A DNA stretch of 64,000 nucleotides. Origin: a virus. The notes under the pieces were generated by a model. The model was not told where the DNA came from. It saw only the letters and a list, made by a program, of their open reading frames with translations, and ran no database searches. The stretch is taken from IMG/VR virus record IMGVR_UViG_3300026097_001455, positions 16,862-80,861 of that record; one strand, 5' to 3'. Both the position numbers and the translations under genes were made by a program. Shown piece by piece: positions 46,029-55,873 of the stretch. Position 1 is the stretch's first letter. Each line of letters begins with the position of its first letter.

Positions 46029-49000
46029 TTAGATAATTTCAATGGGCAATCCTTGTAGTCCATCATTAAACGATTCTCCACCACATATTGAGGAAATGGG
46101 TGAGCCTTGAAATCTGATCGCAAACAACCCACCGTTATTATTTGTGTTTGGTGTTTTAAATAAAGCTCCATCCATTTTTACAGAACTTTCCCACTTACTT
46201 CCACTTCCCCCAAATGTACCACTCGTATCACAACTTTGGTTGTTCTCATTGTATTGAGTTCTTAGGTTCGTATATATAGAAACCAGATAATAATTAGGAG
46301 GAGTAGTATCTGCAGCAACTGCTGTAGAACCTATTGTATAGTCATAAAAAACAGAATGAGATGAAGGAGTCCAAGCAGAGCCATCATCTTTTCTGTGAGT
46401 AATGTTTATAAATCTCATTGTATAATTTGCAGTATTATATTTACTGGTTCCAAAATCAAAGTTAGAATTACCTGGTAATTCAATAACAAGATTATCCAAC
46501 GCTATGTTTGTTGCATCGAATACAAAAGATTCTCCAGGGGCTAATTCAACAGCCGTCCCTGGTATTAACACATCTATATTACCATTGTTAGTTATTTCAA
46601 TTTGTAAAAACTGATAGTTTTGTGAGCCATGTATTCCTCCTACAGCTCTAGAAAAACATTCTTCTCTATCGTTAGGACCTGAGTTTTTAACTGCAGATTT
46701 AATCCTTCTAGTGTTGCCACCTCTTTGGTAGTATATTGACTGAAATCTATAAACAGCAGATGTAGGAATAACTTCTGGTTCAATGTCATTTCTTTCCTTC
46801 GGATTAACCAGTCTATACAAATCAAGCGAGCCTTCTGAAAAAGTTGCATCATCATCTAGTGCAAGAGCTAAATCACGATCTTCGATATTGTAAACATCAA
46901 TAAATTGATTTTGAGCACCGACAATTATACCCTGACCTTCCTCTCCCAAAGAAAGAACACCTGGACCAAAAGCAGAGCTAAGCGTTGTATTTGGAGCTAC
47001 TGAAGGTGGAAATATTGCATCTCCCCAAGGGTTTATAGAAATTGGCGGCCAACCTTCGGGCTTTAACCAGTATCCATACCCGCACTCTACTCTTTGATAC
47101 TTCTCTCCATTTAATACACTTGACGCCCCTGGGTCAATCGGGAAGGCTGGATTAGATGGTTCATAACCATTGGAATACTTTTCATTCCAAGCAACTCCTC
47201 TTTCGTATTTGTATATATAACTCCTTGTTACTTCTTTTGAAAATCTATTTCTAATCCAGGCTGAATTTGTACTACTAAACTGAACTCCATAGCCTCCTGT
47301 ATTGGCAGCACTATTTAAAAACAGAGGAAAACCTATTTCGTCACCATCTTTATACAAAGGCTGCTCTAAGAATGCGTTGTTGCTAGAGTTTGTAAGCCTT
47401 GTGTTAATATCTCCTCTGTCAAAATTTGGGTCAGATGGTCTTTCAGGAATTCTATATGGCTCTGGATAATTGTGGTCCCAAGGTCTGTCGTATGGCGGAG
47501 ACACTAAAGGAGATACGGTAGTGTTTTTTCTATCTGAAAGCTCCCCTCTATTTAAGTGATAATGATCTCTACCCACCCATCCTGGTGACGAAAAACCCCA
47601 ATCTCTTTGAAAGCCAGTTGTCCTAAATGTAGTAGAAGGCTGGTCGTAGTACATCTTCATCTGATAACCCGCAAGCCACACGCCTTTTTGCGAAGGGAAA
47701 TTTATTGGAGCACCGTTTGCATTAGTTCTGTAACCATTAGGGTCATACATATTTGCACGAAGCTTAAATGCTTTAAATCCATGGTTGAAAAAACTTGCTC
47801 GTCTCTTAAGTTGTATAAACTCACTCCCCCACTGAAGCGTTTGATCTTCGTCTTTATCATAAATGTCTTGTATTTCTACAATTGGAATATTGGTTGTGGG
47901 GAACCCTTCCTTAGACATATCTCTCACATCAACATTAAGAGACGGAGCAAAATTTAAGAGTTCAGCAGAGCCTAACAAATTACCTTTATAAGCCATTGGT
48001 GCTACATAATAAGTAGCCCACTTTCTAAGATCATAATTAACAGTAACATTCAACTCCGTGTATCCAGTCTGAGTATTCCCCCACGCAGGCACAACATCAA
48101 TTGGAAATTGTTTAAATGAAAAACTAGGAACTGAATCCACTACAACATCATCACCAGTTCCTGGAGGAAATGGATAAAAATTAAGCGCTATTTCATCTTT
48201 AGTAAGCCCTTGCTTAAACATATCTACTTCAAACACAACAATCTGAGTTCCTATTGGAGCATCATAAATAATAAACTCTCCATTCTCATTTGTTGTAGTT
48301 ACGTACTTATACTGATCTGGAACTGTTGTAAACTGAGATGCTGATCTTAAGTACTGAGTATCAGCGCTAAATGATTCTATGTTAAAATACTCGGAAGGGT
48401 TTGTGTTTTCTCTAAGATTAAGAAAAAGTCTGTCTCCATTTTCAGAAATAGACGAAGACGTTGGGTATTCTTCAGAGGGGTTGAATATGCCTATAGGAAC
48501 ATTCCTAAGAGGAATCTTTATAGGGTTCCCTTCAATATCTTTTATTGTTTGAAGTGCTGTGAGTCTACCAAACACAACTCCTGTATCAGCTTCTTGAGTT
48601 GGTATACTATTAACTAAATTGTTATAAATGTCTAGTGTATCAAGCGTTCCATAACTTCTGTTTAGCTTTACATTCACAAAGAAATCATCAATCTCTTGGT
48701 AATTAGAAAACACGAACTCACAATGCCAAGGCGTAGTTGTTGACACAGAATTTGGCTGTATCGCCAGAGTTCCACTACCATTAGGGTCAAGCGCACTTAC
48801 TCCTCCATTGGGAGAGAGAACTGTCTGAATAGCTTTAGTTAAGCCTGACTCAATCTGCCTAATCCTTTCTTCTTCAATAATTGTAGAATAATCCTCAGTA
48901 TAAGAATATCCAGTTAAATAATTATTAGTATATGAGGTGACAGGCACATAGTTGTTGTCGTCATTAAGAGTCCATATGTTTTCGCCATCAAAAGTGGAAG

Positions 49001-49175
49001 CTCTAACTGGTTGATTAAGAGAATTAAGCTCTACTATGGTTGGAGATATATTGGTAGAGTTTTCATCAATACTGTTAGTATTTTGGACGTATACATCTAA
49101 GTGTGTACTAAAGTACATTAGAGTGGTGCCGCTAGTAAACTGCTTTAACTGTATCTCTTCCCTTTCAAAACTCAT
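46029..49175 (-). CDS. Large baseplate/tail protein
   Basis: 1048 aa; GVVFGRL...YVTTTNENGEFIIYDAPIG Ig/transthyretin-like motif. Confidence 0.6.
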   Translation of the reverse strand: MSFEREEIQLKQFTSGTTLMYFSTHLDVYVQNTNSIDENSTNISPTIVELNSLNQPVRASTFDGENIWTLNDDNNYVPVTSYTNNYLTGYSYTEDYSTIIEEERIRQIESGLTKAIQTVLSPNGGVSALDPNGSGTLAIQPNSVSTTTPWHCEFVFSNYQEIDDFFVNVKLNRSYGTLDTLDIYNNLVNSIPTQEADTGVVFGRLTALQTIKDIEGNPIKIPLRNVPIGIFNPSEEYPTSSSISENGDRLFLNLRENTNPSEYFNIESFSADTQYLRSASQFTTVPDQYKYVTTTNENGEFIIYDAPIGTQIVVFEVDMFKQGLTKDEIALNFYPFPPGTGDDVVVDSVPSFSFKQFPIDVVPAWGNTQTGYTELNVTVNYDLRKWATYYVAPMAYKGNLLGSAELLNFAPSLNVDVRDMSKEGFPTTNIPIVEIQDIYDKDEDQTLQWGSEFIQLKRRASFFNHGFKAFKLRANMYDPNGYRTNANGAPINFPSQKGVWLAGYQMKMYYDQPSTTFRTTGFQRDWGFSSPGWVGRDHYHLNRGELSDRKNTTVSPLVSPPYDRPWDHNYPEPYRIPERPSDPNFDRGDINTRLTNSSNNAFLEQPLYKDGDEIGFPLFLNSAANTGGYGVQFSSTNSAWIRNRFSKEVTRSYIYKYERGVAWNEKYSNGYEPSNPAFPIDPGASSVLNGEKYQRVECGYGYWLKPEGWPPISINPWGDAIFPPSVAPNTTLSSAFGPGVLSLGEEGQGIIVGAQNQFIDVYNIEDRDLALALDDDATFSEGSLDLYRLVNPKERNDIEPEVIPTSAVYRFQSIYYQRGGNTRRIKSAVKNSGPNDREECFSRAVGGIHGSQNYQFLQIEITNNGNIDVLIPGTAVELAPGESFVFDATNIALDNLVIELPGNSNFDFGTSKYNTANYTMRFINITHRKDDGSAWTPSSHSVFYDYTIGSTAVAADTTPPNYYLVSIYTNLRTQYNENNQSCDTSGTFGGSGSKWESSVKMDGALFKTPNTNNNGGLFAIRFQGSPISSICGGESFNDGLQGLPIEII

Positions 49176-49262
49176 GAAAACCCTTTATTCTAAATATAGA
49201 AAAAGAAAAATCTGAGATAAATAGTTAATCCCAGATTTTTCCAAACTAATTATGTATTGTAA

Positions 49263-51158
49263 TTATATTGCAGAGGATGTGTTAGGAGTTCCTGCTGCTG
49301 TTCTTATCAAAATATCCTGTTCTGGAAATCTAACTTCAAACATAGAAGTTGGTGTTCCTTGTATTGCATTGTCTATATATGCAAAACGAGTTCTAAAAGA
49401 CCCAGTGTTTGGATTTTGAGTTCTCTCAAAAGTTGCCTGAGAGTGTCTAGTGTTTGAATAGCTTCCGCCTTCCATGTTGTATATCCTAATATCTACAACA
49501 TTTATAATGCCTGGAATATCTCTGAGCATATCAGTTATATGAGAAACGTAAATATTTTGATTCATTTGCCATTTTTCAACATCAAAGAAATCTCTAATTT
49601 CACTTATAGCTCTTGACTTAACTTCGCTAACATTAAAAGTCTTATCAACAAAAAGATCGACTTCAAGCTGAAGGTTTACAACTTTCCCATCATTTATTTC
49701 AACATAGTCATTTATCATTCTAAATGGAACCATATATCTCTGAATGTTCTGCTTTATTATACTTGTAGATACATCAAGAAGTTTTCCTCCACCATCTCTA
49801 GTCAAAACGTACATCTTGACTTTGTTATCCTCTACTTTGCCAAATATCCTAAATGGTGCTCCAAATTTTCCTGGCATCTGAAATGCCCTAGCAACATAAT
49901 CATCTAGCGTAACAGCTCTTTGTTGAGATGCGAAATTAGCTGCTATATAACTCTTAATTTCTTCAACACTTGGAAGCCCGACCCCACCAATAGCAGGTAT
50001 TGGGTTATTTGCTCTAGTTGAGGAAAGCACAGACTGAACAAGATCGGCATTAGACCCTAACGATAAACTTCTAATATTAGAAACTTCATTAAGGGTGTTT
50101 GCACCCACATTACTAAGAGGTCCTCCACCCGCTCTATATCGTATAAAGATAGTTGAATTAGATGGCACTTGTACACCCAAGGCTGTATTGTTGAGTATCT
50201 CTGAAACATCAAGATTATTTGAGTCGGGGCACTTAGTGGTATTTGTAAGACTGCTAATGTACGCTTCATAAGCATCATAATCCTTAGTTCCTCCACCAAA
50301 AGTGAGTCTGCATGTGCCGTCAGATAAGAACTCCTTTTCAAATCTTTGTTCAACTTCTACATATCTTCCAGTTTTAACTCCGTTAACATCGTTTACAGTA
50401 TCATCATCAAGAAATATTTTATCAGTAGGAAGTGAGTCTACTTCATAATACTTGTTGTCAAAATCATTGAATTCTGCAAAACTTGGAGTCCTTTGTATTC
50501 CAAGGCCATTTAATATAATTACATCAGTAACTTCAAGAACATTTTTATCTGGAAGCTCTACTTGATAAAATGGCTTAGCTTGATTTGCTGGAATTTCGAC
50601 TTTAAAAAGTTTGGTTACCCCAGCTTTAATCTTTTCTCTCTTAATTATTCTGTACCTAACAAGGTCTTGATTACCGTTAAGTATTGGCTCGATAGTTCTA
50701 TTAGCAATCCCATCAGCACTAAAGTCGCTTGCAAAATTTACTTCTTCAGTAGTTTCAAAGGTTTGTCCAGCGCCTCTAATCCTCATGCCTGGTCTATACA
50801 AGGGTAGGTAAGAAGAATCTGGGCCATCTGCTGTAGGTGGCACTTCTATAACAATATCAGCAACTGTTACTGCTGGCCTAACGCCAGGTGGGTTGTATCC
50901 AAATGTCTTAGCAAGTCTATAAACTGACTTTCTTTCTTTAACACCGTCAAGAAACAGCTCGTTGTACTTCTTATCTGTGGCATATGATAATAGATCACCC
51001 ACATAAGCATTAAGTTCAAGCAATGCCATCCCAGGAGACGCTACGTTGAAGTCTTGCCATTGCTCTGGAAAGAATGTCTTCAAATAATTGATTAGATCGC
51101 CTCTAATAGAGGTAAAGTCTCTGCTTAAGTAGTTTACTGTAACTGTTTTTTGCGCCAT
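49263..51158 (-). CDS. Baseplate wedge subunit (T4 gp6 / baseplate J-like)
   Basis: YLSRDFTSIRGDL...ELNAYVGDLLSY...LAKTFGY; FASQQRAVTLDDY. Confidence 0.88.
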   Translation of the reverse strand: MAQKTVTVNYLSRDFTSIRGDLINYLKTFFPEQWQDFNVASPGMALLELNAYVGDLLSYATDKKYNELFLDGVKERKSVYRLAKTFGYNPPGVRPAVTVADIVIEVPPTADGPDSSYLPLYRPGMRIRGAGQTFETTEEVNFASDFSADGIANRTIEPILNGNQDLVRYRIIKREKIKAGVTKLFKVEIPANQAKPFYQVELPDKNVLEVTDVIILNGLGIQRTPSFAEFNDFDNKYYEVDSLPTDKIFLDDDTVNDVNGVKTGRYVEVEQRFEKEFLSDGTCRLTFGGGTKDYDAYEAYISSLTNTTKCPDSNNLDVSEILNNTALGVQVPSNSTIFIRYRAGGGPLSNVGANTLNEVSNIRSLSLGSNADLVQSVLSSTRANNPIPAIGGVGLPSVEEIKSYIAANFASQQRAVTLDDYVARAFQMPGKFGAPFRIFGKVEDNKVKMYVLTRDGGGKLLDVSTSIIKQNIQRYMVPFRMINDYVEINDGKVVNLQLEVDLFVDKTFNVSEVKSRAISEIRDFFDVEKWQMNQNIYVSHITDMLRDIPGIINVVDIRIYNMEGGSYSNTRHSQATFERTQNPNTGSFRTRFAYIDNAIQGTPTSMFEVRFPEQDILIRTAAGTPNTSSAI

Positions 51159-51168
51159 CTTTTAAATA

Positions 51169-51582
51169 TTAAAAATAAGTATGATCGTCTCCGCCTACTT
51201 CTCCAGGCTCGACAGGAACAACTACGCTAACAGTGTCTTGGAGTCCTCCTAGTTCAAGTATTCTGTAGGCTATTTTAACTTCTAATAAGTTTTGTTGCTC
51301 GGTAAATGTGAATATAATCTCATCAATATCAACCTGAGGTATGTATTCGCCAATCTTTTCTATGAGTTCTTCTCTAAGCCTAGTCTCAGAAATATCATCC
51401 CAAGGTTCAAATATATAGTCCCATAGCGGAGAATATAGATTATTACGCATAACTCTATTTCTTCTCTTTGTAGTTAAAAGAGAGATTAAGTCTGTTTGTA
51501 TCGCCTCTACTGTTGTATTGTTAGAGAAAAACACACCACCCTCTGTGGTCTCCTTAAATGGGAATTTAATACTAATCGGCAT
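51169..51582 (-). CDS. gp25-like baseplate wedge / sheath initiator
   Basis: IKFPF...AIQTDLISLLTT...LWDYIFEP...YIPQV. Confidence 0.85.
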   Translation of the reverse strand: MPISIKFPFKETTEGGVFFSNNTTVEAIQTDLISLLTTKRRNRVMRNNLYSPLWDYIFEPWDDISETRLREELIEKIGEYIPQVDIDEIIFTFTEQQNLLEVKIAYRILELGGLQDTVSVVVPVEPGEVGGDDHTYF

Positions 51583-51681
51583 ATCACACTTTTGTTTAAT
51601 ATAAATATGATGACAAAAAAAATAAAGGCCCCAAGAGCCCTTAAAAAAGAAATATAAGAGTATTTATAAGAAAACAGTCTT

Positions 51682-53439
51682 ATGGGAGTTTTTAGAGTAT
51701 ATCCAAGGAAGAGCAATACAATAGCAAGCGGAGTTTATCAAATATACAACTCTGGACAAAATGCTGTTACCGATCTTTGGTACGGTGGTGGCGGAACTGA
51801 TACTGCACTTGCAAGGAGAAATTCTGTCAGTAGATTTATTGTTGACTTTGATCTTACAGAACTTATTCAAAAACTTTCTGAGAAAGAAATAAATGGTGAT
51901 CTTGTAAGCTCATACAGACTTAAGATGACAAATGCAATACCAGGAGATAAAATATTAGAACCTGAATACGAATTTGATAAACTTGACAAAAGAGTTGCTG
52001 CATCATTTGATCTCATAACATTCCCTGTAAACAAGGAATGGGACGAAGGTAGAGGGTACGACATGTTCCAAGAAAATTACCTTGTAAAACAGAGAGGCAA
52101 TCCAATAATCACTGGATATTCTAATTGGAACTTTGCAAAGCAAACAGTAGCTTGGGATGTTCCAGGTGTCTATTTCGACCCAACTGGCTCAACGTTTTCT
52201 GGCTCTGTAGTGCAAAGTGGAATTACTTTTGAGACTGCATCTATAAATACTGGACTTAACTCTGCTACTAATTTTGGATTTATAACTTCAGCAGCCACAA
52301 CAGCAGCTACAACAGCTATTTCCGCAACTACAATAGGAAATGATGTATTTGTTTCATACAACCCTCTAAGCGGTGTTGTATCTACAGAAGACTGGTATAA
52401 TTCAATAATAGCAACTTCTTTCAGCGGATTTGGTATTACTGCTTCTGGTTTTAGTGCAACAACATTTATAGGTACAGGTACTGATGCATTCTATTTATCT
52501 GCAAACACAGCTGTAGATAATATAAACTTCTATTCAACACAGCATTTTGATATTGGTAATGAAAATATAGATATGGATATTACTGATATTGTAAATGACT
52601 GGCTAAGTGGTGGTAGTGAAAATTATGGATTAGGAGTTGCCTATAGAAGGGATTATGAGCTTATGAGTACTGATACAAGGTATGTAGCTTCGTTCTATAC
52701 AGAAAAGACAAACTCTTCATTCAAACCTTATATTGAAGTTGTTTACGATCAATCTTTTCAAGATGATAGGCTTCAGGTTTCAAACAATAGGGTGTCTAGA
52801 TTATTTCTATACACATTTAGCGGAAACGATGCTGTTAATTACTCCTCAGCAAGTACGGTTGATATTAGAACAATGAATGGAGTAAATGTTTACACTGGGC
52901 TTACTCCTACTCAACTTGAGAAAGGAGTTTACTACGTGGATGTTAATATGAGTGGCGCAACTCGTGGAGAGCAATATAAAGATGTATGGAAGGGTGTTAC
53001 GTTTGTACCTGGAGTAGATCAACAAGACATAGAGCAGGTGTTTACAATAAGAGATAATTACTACACAAGTAACGTCCCTGAAGTAAATGATTATTCAATT
53101 ACTACATACGGAATTGGTAATAACTCTATACTTTCTCTTAACGAGACTCATAAAGTGTTTGTGGACCTCAGGGTTAACTATAGCAGTAGAAATCAACCTA
53201 AGACGGCTTACGATCTAAAATACAGGATAGTAATGAACTCTCAAGAAGAAGTGGTTCCATGGACATCGGTAAACCAAGCTGTGATCAATAGGTGTAAAAC
53301 AAATTACATGACACTTGAGACTGGGTGGTTATTACACAACCAAAGTTATCAAATACAGTTTAGGGTAGATGAGTTCGGAACCAAGAGAGTGCTTCCAGAA
53401 ACAGTTAACTTTAAAGTGCTAAGGTCTAATGACTTTTAA
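51682..53439 (+). CDS. Virion protein with DNRLRE-like domain
   Basis: SRFIVDFDL...WDEGRG...MDITDIVNDWLSGGSENYGL...KPYIEVVY; S/T/A-rich insert. Confidence 0.65.
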   Translation: MGVFRVYPRKSNTIASGVYQIYNSGQNAVTDLWYGGGGTDTALARRNSVSRFIVDFDLTELIQKLSEKEINGDLVSSYRLKMTNAIPGDKILEPEYEFDKLDKRVAASFDLITFPVNKEWDEGRGYDMFQENYLVKQRGNPIITGYSNWNFAKQTVAWDVPGVYFDPTGSTFSGSVVQSGITFETASINTGLNSATNFGFITSAATTAATTAISATTIGNDVFVSYNPLSGVVSTEDWYNSIIATSFSGFGITASGFSATTFIGTGTDAFYLSANTAVDNINFYSTQHFDIGNENIDMDITDIVNDWLSGGSENYGLGVAYRRDYELMSTDTRYVASFYTEKTNSSFKPYIEVVYDQSFQDDRLQVSNNRVSRLFLYTFSGNDAVNYSSASTVDIRTMNGVNVYTGLTPTQLEKGVYYVDVNMSGATRGEQYKDVWKGVTFVPGVDQQDIEQVFTIRDNYYTSNVPEVNDYSITTYGIGNNSILSLNETHKVFVDLRVNYSSRNQPKTAYDLKYRIVMNSQEEVVPWTSVNQAVINRCKTNYMTLETGWLLHNQSYQIQFRVDEFGTKRVLPETVNFKVLRSNDF

Positions 53440-53902
53440 AATGCTCTTCTAGCATTTCAAGACCTCTCATTGTTGCTAAGTATATATTTCTACCTCTTCC
53501 TTCTTCAAGGTCAAGTCTTTCTACAAAAGTTCCTTCTGGAGTTGATATTGCGACATAAACTGTTCCTGGAGGATTAGCTTCTGTACCATAACCAGTAGTA
53601 TCTGCATATCCAGTTGTTGCTATCGAGTAATCGGTTCCCATGAGAACTTTAACTTTTTCTGCCATATCACATGCAACTTGATCACTTACCTCTGTGTAAG
53701 TATCAATAAGATTCTTATCAACTCCAAGTATGTTTATCTTAGCCTTATTACTATAGACCACCGCAGAGCCTTCGAAATAATTTGAACTTCCTGGTATTGA
53801 CGTTAGCAGTCCGCTAATGTATCCTGCTGTGCAGCTTTCTGCTGTAGAAATCTTTCCACCTCTTTCTTCTAGTGCAAATTTAATTGAGTTAATTATGCTC
53901 AT
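53426..53902 (-). CDS. CinA C-terminal domain protein / NMN deamidase (PncC-like)
   Basis: STAESCTAG, SIPGSSNYF, YSNKAK, GTVYVAI. Confidence 0.9.
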   Translation of the reverse strand: MSIINSIKFALEERGGKISTAESCTAGYISGLLTSIPGSSNYFEGSAVVYSNKAKINILGVDKNLIDTYTEVSDQVACDMAEKVKVLMGTDYSIATTGYADTTGYGTEANPPGTVYVAISTPEGTFVERLDLEEGRGRNIYLATMRGLEMLEEHFKSH

Positions 53903-53910
53903 ATTGTCTT

Positions 53911-54147
53911 TTAATTATAACCATTATCTTTAAGGTCTTTGCCAGTTGGAAAACCCATTATGTGTCCACAAAAAACGCAGATTTTTCTTAATTTAGAAGC
54001 TCCAATTCCATTAATATCCTTGACTTTATAATCGCTGTGTGAACAAGTATCTCTCAATTCCATTAATTTGTTTTCTTTTTCTTCGATCTCCTTTTTTAAT
54101 TCTTCTGCTTCTTTTTTAATTTCTTCATTTCTGTCGAAATTACTCAT
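53911..54147 (-). CDS. Small coiled-coil and Zn-ribbon protein
   Basis: CSH...CVFCG. Confidence 0.65.
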   Translation of the reverse strand: MSNFDRNEEIKKEAEELKKEIEEKENKLMELRDTCSHSDYKVKDINGIGASKLRKICVFCGHIMGFPTGKDLKDNGYN

Positions 54148-54199
54148 CGGTAGTTGTTTGGTTAGACTTAATAAGACATGACATCTTCTTTGTCTATTA

Positions 54200-54207
54200 C
54201 AAATATA
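54200..54207 (-). promoter_or_regulatory. Bacteroidota-type -7 element TATATTTG
   Basis: TTG 19 nt upstream (54227-54229); would drive 54147 and the cinA-like gene. Confidence 0.55.
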
Positions 54208-54233
54208 TTCAAAAATTGCTATACAGCAATGTT

Positions 54234-55220
54234 TTAATTAATTCTTATGTGATTAGATATAAGTCTTTGCAGCTCACCGTCTATTGTATAAGCTGATAAT
54301 TCTTCAGATTCTGGTATTGTAACCAGCGGTTTATGAGGTGTGTGTATGTGATTTAGCATAACTTTAACAATTAAATCAAGGAGTTTGATTAATTCATCGC
54401 CAAATACCGCTGGGTGAAGTGCACTAGCTACGCCCTCAAATGATTCTAGGTCATCATTAATTTCGAATTGAGCGATTCCTTCATCACGGAAAGTTCCTCT
54501 TGGTGAAAACAGGTTGATGTTTGTTGATGTCAAATTTGCTTGAGAGTAGTTTGGTATTAGATCAGCATTTTCTTCGTTATCATTTTCTTGTTGTATTAAC
54601 TGAAATTGAGATGGGTATTCTGTGTTTATATTTGTTGTGCCTTTTATAAGTTTTCCAGCAGTAAGAAAAACCTCTCTGTTTTTTAGCATAACATCAGAAT
54701 CATTTCTACCCTGAATCGCTATGTCTCCAATCTTGGGATACACATCCTCTGTACTAAGTTTAGCATCCTTCTGGGCATTAAGGTTAAACTCAGTATCTTT
54801 AAAAACTCTATGAGCCTCATCAAATGATTGAAATTTTAATTTAAAAGGCGTGTTAATTTGAGAGCCCATATAATATCTGGGCGCTGAGTTATCAGATGGG
54901 TTTTCAAGAAATAAGTAAACCATTTCATCAACAAAAGGAACTATGTGAAAATGATTAGGAAACATAGGCACGCAAAGAGGTAAGTCTTCATCTGGAGTAT
55001 CTCTATCTCTACCTCCACCTTTGTTTATAACTCCTTCTTCCCCAAGATTATTAGGGTCAATTATACGAGCTACAACTCTTTTCATACCAAGAGGGTCTTC
55101 GTTGCTTATCACAATTGCAGGATATATATTTCTTGAGGTTTGGTTTCCTTCAGAAGCTATTCCCCCACCCTGACCTTGGCCTTGCAGTGTCGCTTTTGCT
55201 AATCTATCTATTCCAGGCAT
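54234..55220 (-). CDS. Baseplate hub/spike protein (gp5/VgrG OB-fold)
   Basis: VISNEDPLGMKRVVARI...PFVDEMVYLF...YYMG; C-terminal HIH. Confidence 0.75.
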   Translation of the reverse strand: MPGIDRLAKATLQGQGQGGGIASEGNQTSRNIYPAIVISNEDPLGMKRVVARIIDPNNLGEEGVINKGGGRDRDTPDEDLPLCVPMFPNHFHIVPFVDEMVYLFLENPSDNSAPRYYMGSQINTPFKLKFQSFDEAHRVFKDTEFNLNAQKDAKLSTEDVYPKIGDIAIQGRNDSDVMLKNREVFLTAGKLIKGTTNINTEYPSQFQLIQQENDNEENADLIPNYSQANLTSTNINLFSPRGTFRDEGIAQFEINDDLESFEGVASALHPAVFGDELIKLLDLIVKVMLNHIHTPHKPLVTIPESEELSAYTIDGELQRLISNHIRIN

Positions 55221-55221
55221 A

Positions 55222-55455
55222 TTATTTCTTTATCTTTTCAATTATCTTAAGCTGCTCAAGCTCTATGGCTTCATACTCTGAGAATAAAGTCTCAACAAGA
55301 GCAATTCCCTCTGCATGCTCCTGACTTACTTTAGTCTTTGCTTTTTCATCAAGATCATCAAGCACAGAGTATATTAAAGCCTTCTTTTCACTGAGCTTAT
55401 CAGCAAGTTCTTGAGCTTCTTTTATTAATTCGTTTTTTGACTTCTTTTTTTCCAT
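55222..55455 (-). CDS. Small coiled-coil protein
   Basis: 77 aa. Confidence 0.6.
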   Translation of the reverse strand: MEKKKSKNELIKEAQELADKLSEKKALIYSVLDDLDEKAKTKVSQEHAEGIALVETLFSEYEAIELEQLKIIEKIKK

Positions 55456-55871
55456 TAGCTTGCTATTCCAGTTGCTGTGTGAGGAGCTGTTGTTGCGCCA
55501 ACTACTGCAACAGGACCACCTGCGTTTGCACCAGCTGCGTTAACTACTGCTCCTGGGTCTGTGGCAATATCAATTCTCATATCAGCTTGAATTGCTGAAA
55601 CAATTTCTTCACACACAATTTTAACAAAATTTTCCATTACATTAGGCGCACCACCTGCTAGGGGTCCAGTAGGTATCCCAGCTTCCTCAAACCTTGATGT
55701 GATTGATGAGGCTAGTATTTGAGCGCTTAGCCCAGGCCTTGTCTTAGCAAGAAGTATTTGTCTAATGCTTGGTCTAGGAACTGGAATCCTATCCTCTTCA
55801 AGCATAAATAAAAGAAAATCTGCGACTTCTTCTGATTTTTGCAACTCTGGGTCTATTCCTATAACTGCCAT
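55455..55871 (-). CDS. Probable baseplate protein
   Basis: G/A-rich C-terminus, adjacent to the spike gene. Confidence 0.55.
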   Translation of the reverse strand: MAVIGIDPELQKSEEVADFLLFMLEEDRIPVPRPSIRQILLAKTRPGLSAQILASSITSRFEEAGIPTGPLAGGAPNVMENFVKIVCEEIVSAIQADMRIDIATDPGAVVNAAGANAGGPVAVVGATTAPHTATGIAS

Positions 55872-55873
55872 AA

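Noticed and set aside
49263-55220. Bacterial T6SS or eCIS locus
   Set aside because: The baseplate genes sit among phage replication, lysis and sigma genes, with no TssJLM/ClpV or bacterial housekeeping context.
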